Shown piece after piece: positions 55,601 to 63,116 of a stretch of DNA of 64,000 nt. The notes below the pieces were generated by a model. The model was not told the origin of the DNA. It made no database searches and saw only the letters and a program-made list of their open reading frames with translations. The stretch is from positions 1 through 64,000 of the IMG/VR virus record IMGVR_UViG_3300037780_000016, one strand, 5' to 3'. The position numbers and the translations under genes were made by a program. The stretch's first letter is position 1; each line of letters opens with the position of its first letter. This DNA comes from a virus.

Positions 55601-58600
55601 GACGCCTCGCACTGGTACATGCCGACGACGAATGACAGCTCGGGAACGTTCACGGGCGCTGACCTCGACGCCCACGCGAACATGACGGCAGCGACGGTCG
55701 GTACGGCGACGGCGGGCTCGGATACCGGCACCGGTCTCCAAGGATACGACGGTCGCTGGATGTTTACCCGTTACGCGATCCCTGTGGACACGAGCCGTCG
55801 CTACCGCATGCGGGTGAAGGTTCTGTTCCCGACGGGTGTTGGCGGCAACTTCTATGCCGGTCTGGCGACGCTGGACGGCAGCTACAACGCCATCACGGGC
55901 GGAGCTGGTACGCACCGCTATTTCGTCGGTTCGTTCTCGCAGTCCAGCAACGCCGGGACGATTGCCACGTTCGAAGGCGAAATCACGGGCGAAGGCGATC
56001 TGGCGACCCAGTTCCGGGCTGGTACGCAGTACGTCCGCCCGATGATCATCACGTCCTACAACACGACGGCAACTCCGCAGCCCATCGTCCTGTCTATCGA
56101 CTTCGACGATGTGACTGAGGAAGTGAACCTCGGTTCACGGACGGCGATTGTCGAGGAAGCACTTTGGGACGGCTCTGAGACGCGGGCTCGTATCATGTTC
56201 CTCGCGGACGCCGGTACGGGTGCAGTGGCTGCTGGGTGGCTGACCAGTTCGGCTAACCCTAACGGCGTGGTGCAGTCCGAAGTCGGCTGGGCCGCTGACA
56301 AGTTCCTCGTCTACAACTCGCAGACCACGAACAACGACCCGGTCTTCGCTATTGACACGCAGGCCAACAAGGTCCGCATTCTAGGCGACCTGATTGCAGA
56401 CGGCTCCATTGAGGGTACGTCCATCAAGGCTGGCTCGATTGTACAGGTCGGTACGGGTGACCTGATCTCTGGCACGTCGATCTACGACCGTGCTTCCATG
56501 GCGGGCCACAACAACGGCGACTACCGCTTCTGGGCCGGTGGCCTGTCCGGCGCTGGTGCGAACTTCTCGGTTGACCGGGAAGGCGCTATCACCGCTCGCA
56601 AGATCACGATCCTGTCCGAAGACGGTACGACTGTCTGGTTCGACAGCGTCAACGGCTTCTCTGCGGTGGCCATCGCTCAGATCAATGCGAACACTGCGAC
56701 CCGGGTCTCGTCCGTTGTTGGCACCCCGGCGAACAACACGACGCACACGGACTTCTCTCTGACGGATGACCCGGCCTCGACCAATGTCCGCATGAACGCG
56801 TCTGTGAACACGACGGGTATGTCCCTCACGCAGACGTGGCTCTGGGGCAATTCGGAACCGTCTGAAATCTTCCCGTCCTCCCTGACCATCGTGATCAAGT
56901 ATCGCGACAAGGACGTGGGTGGCGCGTATACGACCGGGGTCACCAAGACCCTGACGAAGATCACGTCCGGCACTCCGACGTCCAACCAGTTCCGCGTCAC
57001 CATCACGACGCAGGCTCCGTATTACGAGCCGGACCTCGAACTGGGAGGGCAGCCGATCAACATCCCGGGCTGGAAGACGGAAACGATCACCGACCCGTCG
57101 GCGCTGGTCGCGGAGTTCACCCAGTCTCTGGCGGGTGACAGCGATGGCCGCACGTGGGAGGTTCTGGTCGAACTGACCCCGACCGGCGGTGACCTCGCCT
57201 TCGATACCAAGACGCGTACCCTGACCGTTGACACGACCGACGGCGGCAAGCCGTTCGTGATCCTCGACAACGGTGCGGTCCCGGGTGACGGTAACGCGGA
57301 CACGCTGGACGGCTTCAACAGCTCTGACTTCGGTCGTCTTGCGTCTGCTCAGACGTGGACGCAGGAGAACACGTTCAACGCCAAGGCGTACTTTGGTGAC
57401 GGCATCATTGTGTCGGGTCCGGGTTCGTACAGCAGCACCAATGACACCCGCACGGATGTCGGTATCGTCCTCCCGTCTGGTGCAGCGATCCATGGTGACA
57501 GCGGCACGGGCTACCTGCGCTACCTGTTCGAGTGGAACAACAACGACAAGATTGTCATTGGCCAGACCGGCACGTCCTTGATCACTGGCGTTTCGCTGCA
57601 AGGCGGTTCTGCTGGCGGCGTAGATATGTATCACGCCGGTATTAAGCAGTGGGAGACGATCACGAACGGTTTCCAGTTCGGTGACGTGTCCACACGCACG
57701 TCGATCACGTCCTCCGGCGGCGGGTTCATCCTGAACCACGCTGACAACTCGGACCTGCACTTCCGGACGCAGGGTAATGACCGCCTGATCTATGACCACA
57801 GCGCGAACTATTGGCAGATCGCGAACAACGGCGGTCTGCGGTTCTCCACGAACAGCTCCCGGGTGAAGGTCAGCCTGTACAGCACCACGTCCACGTACGG
57901 CATCGGTATGCAGTCGGGCATGACCTACGGGCACCTGAACGACTGGGCGATGACGTTCTGCTTCAACAACGAGAGCGACCGTGGCTTCTGGTGGGGCCAC
58001 GAGAGCCACCTGAACTCTGAAGGCGCGATGTCCCTGACGACGGACGGCCAGCTCTGGCTCCACAACACCCTGACTGTGTCTGGTGCGTGGAACTCGACGA
58101 GCAACCTCACGGTCGCCAAATTCCGCCCGTCGAACTACGCCGTCGGAAACCCTGAGCTGAACATCAAGAAAGCGGGCACCGCCAATCAGTGGAATATCGA
58201 ACTCTGGGACGGCTCTTCTCAGGGTGGCGTGATCAACTTCGGTTCGACGTCGTTGCAGCACCAAGGCAACGAGATCGCAACGCAGAGCTGGGTGAACTCC
58301 CAGATCGGGGGCAGCGCAACCCTCGCCGGAACGAACACGTGGACGGGCAGTAATACGTTTGACGCAGGTATTCTGATCGGAAACTTGGGTACGGGTATCG
58401 ATCACCGTTTCGTGAGCTACAACGATGGGGGAGCGGGCACGCTGATCATGGCGTGGTCGAACTCTGATTGGTCGAACAGTTTCCGCCTCACTGCGTCGAT
58501 TGCTCAGGTTTATGCCGGAAATCAGGCGTACAACTTTAGCAGCTCGGCCTTTGATCTGAACAACAAGAACGTCGTTGACGTGAACCGTCTTCAGGTCGGT

Positions 58601-60763
58601 AACGGTGCAGGCGATGTCCACGCCAATTATTGGACCTATGTGTATGGTCGGGAGAACCAGAACGAAGACGCCCACAAGTACGGCATTTACACTCGCCTCG
58701 ATATTGAAGGGGAAGTCTCTAACTTCACGCAGGATCGGACCCGCGCGGCTATTTACGGCTATGCACTGCTGGAAGACAATTCGACCACGGCAGACACACA
58801 CGTCTCCTCCCCCGTAGGTGTTTACGGCTACGCTCTGGGGTCCAAAGGCCATGCCGACACCATGTATGGTGTGTACGGCTTTGCCAACAACAATGGCGGG
58901 GCCGACACCGATGTGAACACGATCTACGGCGGCTATTTTGAAAGCCGCGTAGACAACGCGGGTTCGACGGCGGGCACGCTTTACGGTATCCGGGCCGTGA
59001 CGCGACTGACGAACGAGGTTGACGGCAGCGTGGTGGCCAATGCGGTCCACGGCCTGTTGAACGTGGACGGCGGCACCATGTCCACCGCCCGCATGCTGTA
59101 CGGCACGGCAGACGTCGAGGTAGGTGCTACGGTAACGACCCTGTACGGCCTGCACCTCGACATGCAGAACAGAATGGACGGTACGGTCACGAACCGTCGG
59201 GGTATCTGGCTCGAAGGAAACACGACGTACCTGACCAACTCGATTGGCGGTCGGACGTACTTCGGCAACGCTGAAGGCTACGTCAACCCGGACAGCCCCT
59301 ACGTCGCGCACTTCGAGAATGAAGCCAACGTCCTCGTGACCCTGATCCAAGGTCCGTCCGACGGATCTGGTGTTTATACCCGGTATAGCCGAGGCACGGC
59401 GTATTCGTGGGATGTCGGCTTCGACAGCACGTCGGACTTCTTGTTCCGCCCGAACGGCACATCGACTGCGATGAAGTTCGACTACGACATGCTGCCGATT
59501 TCGTTCAACACCGTCGGTCTGGTGATGGACGGGAAGCAGGCGCTCAGTGGCACCGATAGCTGGCTGCGCCTTAACAGCGGTGGCCAGTTCACGTCCGGCA
59601 TCTACTGTGCCAGCTCTCAGGTCCGCACGGACAACGAGTTCCGGGTCCGGGGCCTCGGTGCCACGTATTTCCGTGGACACGAGCTGACGATCCAATCTGA
59701 CAGCGGGGTCTTGAACCGCATCCGGGTCCGTGGCCAAGGCACCGGTTACACGACCGCCAACGTCCTTCTCGAAGATGATAGCGGCTCGACCGTTCGCGGT
59801 ATGGGCATGTTCATGTACAACCGGGCCTCGGGCAAGGAGTGGTACTTCGGACAGCCGTATAACGGCGACGAGACGTACTCCGGCGTCTACTACTCGTATC
59901 AGTCCAACGGCTCTGAGGGTGCGGAGACTTCCGACGTTTCGAACTATATCGTCGAGTTCCACAACAATGGTCAGGTGCGGTTCCAGAACGGCACGTCCAG
60001 CCTTCCGTCCATCGCGTTCCATGACAATCCGGACTGCGGCTTCCGCCTGTCTTCCAATGAAATCATCGTCGGCTCGGACGGCAACAACGTCATGGGCTGG
60101 AAGCCGGGTCGGATTGAGGTCTACAACAACTCGATCATCGACTTCAATTCGCACACCGGCTCCCGCACGATGATGGAGCTTGAAGGCCGGGCGATCATGA
60201 ACCAGATGTCGGATCGGGGTGCACTGCTGCTTCGCTCTGCTGATGACAGCTTGAACCTGTACGCAGGTGACAGCCACGCAAACATGACGGACAACGTCGG
60301 TCTGACCGGTGAAGACATTCACATGGGCGCTGAAGGTCAGTTCGAGTTGTACACGAACCTTCAGAACGGCTGGGCGAACCGGGAGAGCCTGACGTTCTCG
60401 GCAGCCGGTGTTCTGACGTCGTCCGGTACGGTGGTTCAGCAATCGGACCAGCGCCTGAAGCATTCTATCCGGGACTGGGACTTCGATGTCTCCGCGATCA
60501 TCGACGGTATCCGCCCCCGCCGGTATGGCTGGAACAACGCGTTCAAGTCTCAGGATGATTTCGGTCTGATCGCTCAGGAACTTCAAGAAGTGTTCCCCAG
60601 CGCGGTCCAAGAAGACGAAGACGGCACCCTGTCCGTGGATTACAGCCGCCTCTCTGTGGTCGCCATCGCGGCGATCAAGGAGGAGCGAACCCGGGTTCAA
60701 AAGCTGGAAGACAAGGTCGCTGAGCTGGCAGAGGTGGTCGCGAAGCTGGTGGAGGCCGCGTAA
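49643..60763 (+). CDS. giant tail-tip protein: lambda J-like hub + FN3 + coiled-coil/binding modules + fibre + S74-type intramolecular chaperone
   Basis: LSEGPCGG, NKRYGLG, QARRLG; RITTVE heptads; GNADTLDG; SDQRLKHSI...GLIAQELQEVFP...VDYSRL. Confidence 0.88.
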   Translation: MKSEIDLSVEFHKPVAIEGAGGKGGGGGGKEAPDSLRSNSSGKLQHILSEGPCGGIEGGLEGVHYNETPLMVGSQKNFKGVLMYENFGRGDQASMPGFDAVTNVVQVQQAVTQASGGYAVAFTDAQVTAVKVTISTSSFFEADDKGNVNGSSVTFAIDLSLGGGAFNQVATGTITGKTRTKYERDIRIPIDSPGQVSVRLRRVTADSSSLKIENTISFERYTRVIEHRLNYPFLATAGHIFDAKQFGNRIPQVQYRFKGRKVKVFSNMDGAARTFSGNWDGTFKVAEEWTTCPVLIFRDLVLNKRYGLGKHVPESLLDGPTLYQLSQFCAELVPDGSGGQEHRFSTNVVLNRRSEAFNLLQQLTAAFRSMLFWMDAKLWLLSDQDRDPVKVVTNANVIGGKFTYAGESNKQRYSVVNVSYTRDDDYFRKGVEVVEDRELIKELGWKPTDLGTLGVSSRGQARRLGLYLLNDQEREGELVTYQASFDHLQVAAGDGPSGVAPGSRILIADKERGNALVQGRATGVSGSDITLDRDTGETGTGNGTLYMETDEGVMESVACTYTGSVVTATEAFTGTPASGNLFILVTGVSVAEEFTVVNVTEKDKNTIEVVAKKFDSTKWARIDNDTPTVGPDIMQRPSPEYVEAPTAFDAQINWVTHTDHLEKKLDIDWTDSTDELLDNYMVLYQHNNGNWKVLEASTSTSNIILEKAETGTYNFQIYAVNSAGRQSLPLEGSIVVPAVPPTVDNAVGTVSNLALDEGGTEFTGHSAKFNWNVNSPTGVAIQDEIGGTQNTGAIDPNFRDCLVTVKRTDDTVLRTESVVGNHYVYTSEKNTEDNFELDASAPVRNFKVEVQYRDKFNRVSTAEVITVSNPAPAAPTLSTETVPRGVMLTATSPTDLDWAGARVWTKDTASINPASDPYTDYGRVNAFFIPVNPGATKYFRVAFFDEFGKTTGELNVSAEGSASVPLVGNTDIGAGVIAIDRLVQTAQDRINAIPNIESDISTLQSDLGTAQSDLDAAERLLDATNWGAIVANMEPIHPDLQWSGGTELSAVLTSGGSRATESTVNGDLQLVTNATGSQYLYLDNLVANGLPAEVAGDLSYADARYLVLEFTPTVDAGNDFTTHLRAAFRTNSADSANWFDPVTGTSNDQLVVGRRYTVVWDLFGKTATSGQVWGSAAPDRIWFEWQDGNAIGNTAIIHKVALMSSGDVMTAYSRARITDNETLTADHASRINTLEASDGTNTSAISSLQSVQSDHATRINNIETTQGTYGSRITTVENTTASQATAITNLETTSAWVAGGTIPPGHGHVGMTGDLTFEANMLTTGANDGEIKVTGTYYEHPTAGRRSTSAAFDINTPYEGNTSGFQTRAYLICSNVACPTRFSGWDGVSSNGAEHFFLAVYYESSGSWTAFGNTTSHPYTPLDSDVVVAVLTKPNTASGGIDTLTSLVTQTGNLDGRVGSAESSITILNTTTGNQATAISNLETAVGTPSGGDLFSRIATVETTSVGNASRLSLVEVGQYEQYRTGLSMNAVDQRIVMDDYAIVDIVAMEDNVTVYQNGSVLTTLTNRGDVYSLSVGNQTKGDILTSDKPTAMYDRGGYPLPHLGFKGRQFIAKQTRAANIELNIYSEEDAFALIYVRNNTNSEAHPNPARVPTPTADLSAGLSGGAVTTITLDAATYGFVDGDNVSVYIQASTDVVVMCRDGDSADDHSIVPPVSRRVLNARANEFNTFDSVATWTTNSSSATANGDIYYFYDSDVPGSTFEAGDGSGTANAHGLPYEALGDTYIIPANTALEVTVVAVEPCIVDVTNVGNTIQQSLDFTAASFTNPVAISIEEQTTGTYPWSGQAVTLKSRDGTPFGVRIDDNDADEMWLLGYRESLQQNFVGGRVGVVEKVTKDNASRLTTVETTAGNNSSAISTLQTTTGNNATAISAIQTSIGTDDAQGNLFSRIATVESTSAANASRITTTEIQINGALPLLPQGGNLAQDASHWYMPTTNDSSGTFTGADLDAHANMTAATVGTATAGSDTGTGLQGYDGRWMFTRYAIPVDTSRRYRMRVKVLFPTGVGGNFYAGLATLDGSYNAITGGAGTHRYFVGSFSQSSNAGTIATFEGEITGEGDLATQFRAGTQYVRPMIITSYNTTATPQPIVLSIDFDDVTEEVNLGSRTAIVEEALWDGSETRARIMFLADAGTGAVAAGWLTSSANPNGVVQSEVGWAADKFLVYNSQTTNNDPVFAIDTQANKVRILGDLIADGSIEGTSIKAGSIVQVGTGDLISGTSIYDRASMAGHNNGDYRFWAGGLSGAGANFSVDREGAITARKITILSEDGTTVWFDSVNGFSAVAIAQINANTATRVSSVVGTPANNTTHTDFSLTDDPASTNVRMNASVNTTGMSLTQTWLWGNSEPSEIFPSSLTIVIKYRDKDVGGAYTTGVTKTLTKITSGTPTSNQFRVTITTQAPYYEPDLELGGQPINIPGWKTETITDPSALVAEFTQSLAGDSDGRTWEVLVELTPTGGDLAFDTKTRTLTVDTTDGGKPFVILDNGAVPGDGNADTLDGFNSSDFGRLASAQTWTQENTFNAKAYFGDGIIVSGPGSYSSTNDTRTDVGIVLPSGAAIHGDSGTGYLRYLFEWNNNDKIVIGQTGTSLITGVSLQGGSAGGVDMYHAGIKQWETITNGFQFGDVSTRTSITSSGGGFILNHADNSDLHFRTQGNDRLIYDHSANYWQIANNGGLRFSTNSSRVKVSLYSTTSTYGIGMQSGMTYGHLNDWAMTFCFNNESDRGFWWGHESHLNSEGAMSLTTDGQLWLHNTLTVSGAWNSTSNLTVAKFRPSNYAVGNPELNIKKAGTANQWNIELWDGSSQGGVINFGSTSLQHQGNEIATQSWVNSQIGGSATLAGTNTWTGSNTFDAGILIGNLGTGIDHRFVSYNDGGAGTLIMAWSNSDWSNSFRLTASIAQVYAGNQAYNFSSSAFDLNNKNVVDVNRLQVGNGAGDVHANYWTYVYGRENQNEDAHKYGIYTRLDIEGEVSNFTQDRTRAAIYGYALLEDNSTTADTHVSSPVGVYGYALGSKGHADTMYGVYGFANNNGGADTDVNTIYGGYFESRVDNAGSTAGTLYGIRAVTRLTNEVDGSVVANAVHGLLNVDGGTMSTARMLYGTADVEVGATVTTLYGLHLDMQNRMDGTVTNRRGIWLEGNTTYLTNSIGGRTYFGNAEGYVNPDSPYVAHFENEANVLVTLIQGPSDGSGVYTRYSRGTAYSWDVGFDSTSDFLFRPNGTSTAMKFDYDMLPISFNTVGLVMDGKQALSGTDSWLRLNSGGQFTSGIYCASSQVRTDNEFRVRGLGATYFRGHELTIQSDSGVLNRIRVRGQGTGYTTANVLLEDDSGSTVRGMGMFMYNRASGKEWYFGQPYNGDETYSGVYYSYQSNGSEGAETSDVSNYIVEFHNNGQVRFQNGTSSLPSIAFHDNPDCGFRLSSNEIIVGSDGNNVMGWKPGRIEVYNNSIIDFNSHTGSRTMMELEGRAIMNQMSDRGALLLRSADDSLNLYAGDSHANMTDNVGLTGEDIHMGAEGQFELYTNLQNGWANRESLTFSAAGVLTSSGTVVQQSDQRLKHSIRDWDFDVSAIIDGIRPRRYGWNNAFKSQDDFGLIAQELQEVFPSAVQEDEDGTLSVDYSRLSVVAIAAIKEERTRVQKLEDKVAELAEVVAKLVEAA

Positions 60764-61938
60764 TGTCCGCCCCTACCGGCGTCACAGTCGGCACGATCTC
60801 CGGAAGCACAGTTCCCCTCAGTTGGACGAATGGCTCTGTCACCTCGTCCTCTGACGGGGCCTGTACGGCTGCATTCCGACAGGAGAACCGCATCGAGCGG
60901 AGCCTCGACGGCTCAACGAACTGGATCAGCAACGGTGTTGTGGGTCCAACGGTCACCAGCACCAACGCGAATGTTCCCGACGGGAACTGGTATTTCCGCG
61001 TCGTGGCGGTCGAGCACTGGTACGTCGATCTGGGCGGCGGTTGTAACCTGATCGTCTCGGATTGGGGAAGTTCGGTTGTCGGGCCTCACCTGATCGGGGA
61101 CGACACCTATCCCGACGCGTTCGATTTCACGGATGTCGCAAACCAAGAGAAAAGCGCTGTTGTAACGTCGAACACGATCACTGTGACCGGCATCACCGCA
61201 GCCACCCCGATCTCGATCTCCGGAGGCATTTCCCCTGAATACCGGATCAACGGAGGGTCATGGACCAGCGCTGCCGGTAACGTGAACAACAACGACACTG
61301 TTCAGATCAGGGCGACGAGTGCCAGTACGTTTTCTACGACGACTACCACGACGCTGGATATCGGCACGCGCACAGACGACTGGGCTATCACCACTCAGAA
61401 CCTCGGAGGCTCAGTAACCGCCCCAGCGTCCGGGACGATCAGTTACGACGACATCCGAGCATGTTGGGGGCCGAGCACGGCGACCGATGTGGACATGAAC
61501 GATTGGCGGAAGAATGGCCCGTACTGGCAGGACTTGCCGGAGAACGCGTCAGTCCCTACCGGCAACCCCTTCGACCTGTCCGACTTCTATGGCATCAAGG
61601 GCATCTGGCAGTTGTCCACCCCTGCCCCGGTGGTTATGTCGGGCGCCTCCGGAACGGGGCAAACTGCTAGTGCCAGCTACCTACCGACGACCGCAGGTGT
61701 GGTGCCTCTGGAATTCAAGATCAGCGTCGTGTCTGGCTCGACGGCGGGATGCACGTTCAACTTGACCAACCCGTTGGACACATGGCGGGCGTTCACGACG
61801 TGGCAAATCAGCTACACTGACACCGAAGATAGCAGTATCGGGGCGACACTCCGACTGCACATTCGCCCTGTCGGTTCGACGACTGAGGTCACGCAAGACA
61901 TCACCCTGAGCCTCGTTATCGGTCTCGGCGGTCCGTAA
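60763..61938 (+). CDS. tail fibre-associated/adhesin protein
   Basis: FN3-like N-terminus, Thr-rich Ig-like unit, SGTISYDDI...DLSDFYG attachment-like motif. Confidence 0.65.
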   Translation: MSAPTGVTVGTISGSTVPLSWTNGSVTSSSDGACTAAFRQENRIERSLDGSTNWISNGVVGPTVTSTNANVPDGNWYFRVVAVEHWYVDLGGGCNLIVSDWGSSVVGPHLIGDDTYPDAFDFTDVANQEKSAVVTSNTITVTGITAATPISISGGISPEYRINGGSWTSAAGNVNNNDTVQIRATSASTFSTTTTTTLDIGTRTDDWAITTQNLGGSVTAPASGTISYDDIRACWGPSTATDVDMNDWRKNGPYWQDLPENASVPTGNPFDLSDFYGIKGIWQLSTPAPVVMSGASGTGQTASASYLPTTAGVVPLEFKISVVSGSTAGCTFNLTNPLDTWRAFTTWQISYTDTEDSSIGATLRLHIRPVGSTTEVTQDITLSLVIGLGGP

Positions 61939-62035
61939 AGGGCTTGAACCCGGGTGCAATCTCGCCTAGTGTCGGTCCCCATCTGGAAGCCGCAAGGCAA
62001 CCCGGGCTTAACCCTTGGCGAACAATGGCGAACAG

Positions 62036-62293
62036 ATGGACCCCACGAGCTACTTCCTTGACAACCCCAACCTGCTGGTCGGGATGGTGATTGTCATTGT
62101 GACGCTGACAGGTTCGGTCGGCTTCCTGTTCCGTTCTCTCCTGAAGTCCAAGGACGACCGGCTGTCTGACGAGCAGGAGAGAAGTCGTGAAGTCATTGAA
62201 GCCCTCAACCGGAACACTATCGCCCTCGACAACCTACGGGTTGCTATCTCCTCCTTGCGTGCTGCCTCGAACGGAGGTAACAATGTGGGATAA
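62036..62293 (+). CDS. single-TM protein (holin-like)
   Basis: One TM helix plus short coiled coil; start 62015 or 62036. Confidence 0.5.
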   Translation: MDPTSYFLDNPNLLVGMVIVIVTLTGSVGFLFRSLLKSKDDRLSDEQERSREVIEALNRNTIALDNLRVAISSLRAASNGGNNVG

Positions 62294-62468
62294 ATTCTGG
62301 GCATCCATCAAAGACCTGTTCGCGTATAAGCACCCCGCAGCCTGCAAAGACTGCGAGGTTTATCGCACAGAACAACGGCAGGCAGTCCAAGCGAACCGCG
62401 AAGCAAGCCGCCTCCTTGAAGAGGCCATTGCACAAATGGAACCTGTTGGAGGCCCTGTGGCGAAATGA
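62283..62468 (+). CDS. hypothetical protein
   Basis: GGAGGT RBS. Confidence 0.6.
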   Translation: MWDKFWASIKDLFAYKHPAACKDCEVYRTEQRQAVQANREASRLLEEAIAQMEPVGGPVAK

Positions 62469-63016
62469 ACTGGAAGACTGTAGCCCTTCGAACGGCAGCC
62501 GCATTCGGCCTGCTGGTCCTGTTTGCCCATATCGCGACGCAAATCGTCGAGGGTATGTCGGGCACGCTGGCGAACCTCTTTGGTGTCAATCTCATTCAGG
62601 CAACCGCTGGCGCGTATGCTGTCGAGGCTTTGGCGACGTGGTCTGCCGCGATCCTGTTCGCGTTGAAGTTGGTCACGTCCAGTTACCATCTGCCGAACTG
62701 GCGCTCTCGTCTGGATTTTCTTCGTCACTCCGCCACGCAATTCGGCGTCCTCTGGGTCGCGATCCTCTGGCTGGTGTTCTCGAACCGTATGTTCTGGCTG
62801 TTCGCGATCTATGACGACCCAAGCCTGTACGCCCAGTTTACTGACTACGAAGCCGCCGCCCGGTCGAACGTCCACGGTCTTATCGGTCTGTGGCTCAGCT
62901 TCCTGACGCAGTACATGGAGACCCATAATTTTCGACGAGCCGCGTGCGTGACCTTTGGCCTTACGGTTATGGTCGTGATCGCATTCTGGGCAGCCGCCCT
63001 CACCATCCCAGTATGA
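62465..63016 (+). CDS. multi-pass membrane protein
   Basis: About 5 hydrophobic segments, ATGA coupling. Confidence 0.7.
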   Translation: MNWKTVALRTAAAFGLLVLFAHIATQIVEGMSGTLANLFGVNLIQATAGAYAVEALATWSAAILFALKLVTSSYHLPNWRSRLDFLRHSATQFGVLWVAILWLVFSNRMFWLFAIYDDPSLYAQFTDYEAAARSNVHGLIGLWLSFLTQYMETHNFRRAACVTFGLTVMVVIAFWAAALTIPV

Positions 63017-63020
63017 CTTG

Positions 63021-63050
63021 ACCCCGGGTTCACCGCCCGGGGTTTTCTCT
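63021..63050 (+). terminator. intrinsic terminator overlapping a palindrome variant
   Basis: ACCCCGGG-TTCACCG-CCCGGGGT then TTTCTCT. Confidence 0.5.
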
Positions 63051-63116
63051 AACCTGCTTTGGTAGAAGCCCCTTGGACCGGGCATCGGTTAAAGCGCCCC
63101 ACGTAGGAGCGCCAAC

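Larger units (their letters stand above)
980..63032. repeat. dispersed 14-bp palindrome TG(A/C)ACCCGGGT(T/G)CA, >30 copies
   Basis: Consensus copies start at 980, 1923, 3027, 3398, 3891, 5558, 7734, 8707, 10829, 13324, 15890, 17075, 18602, 20189, 20973, 24232, 27110, 28835, 30868, 32666, 35508, 38571, 41268, 43178, 47781, 52434, 61945; 1-2 mismatch variants at 1902, 6727, 7708, 11403, 12335, 34688, 48342, 56124, 60686, 63019 (read by eye). Confidence 0.9.

Noticed and set aside
48857-60700. Very long minus-strand ORFs (750, 1588, 1439 aa) and similar ones opposite other genes
   Set aside because: Antisense shadows of GC-rich + strand genes: no RBS, no motifs, and they largely overlap well-supported genes.
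56300-61938. Diversity-generating retroelement or invertible tail-fibre cassette
   Set aside because: No reverse transcriptase, template/variable repeat pair or invertase seen in the window.
980-63032. Palindrome or promoter repeats as a CRISPR array or REP/IS ends
   Set aside because: Spacing is irregular (hundreds to thousands of bp), copies lie inside genes, and there are no cas or transposase genes in the window.
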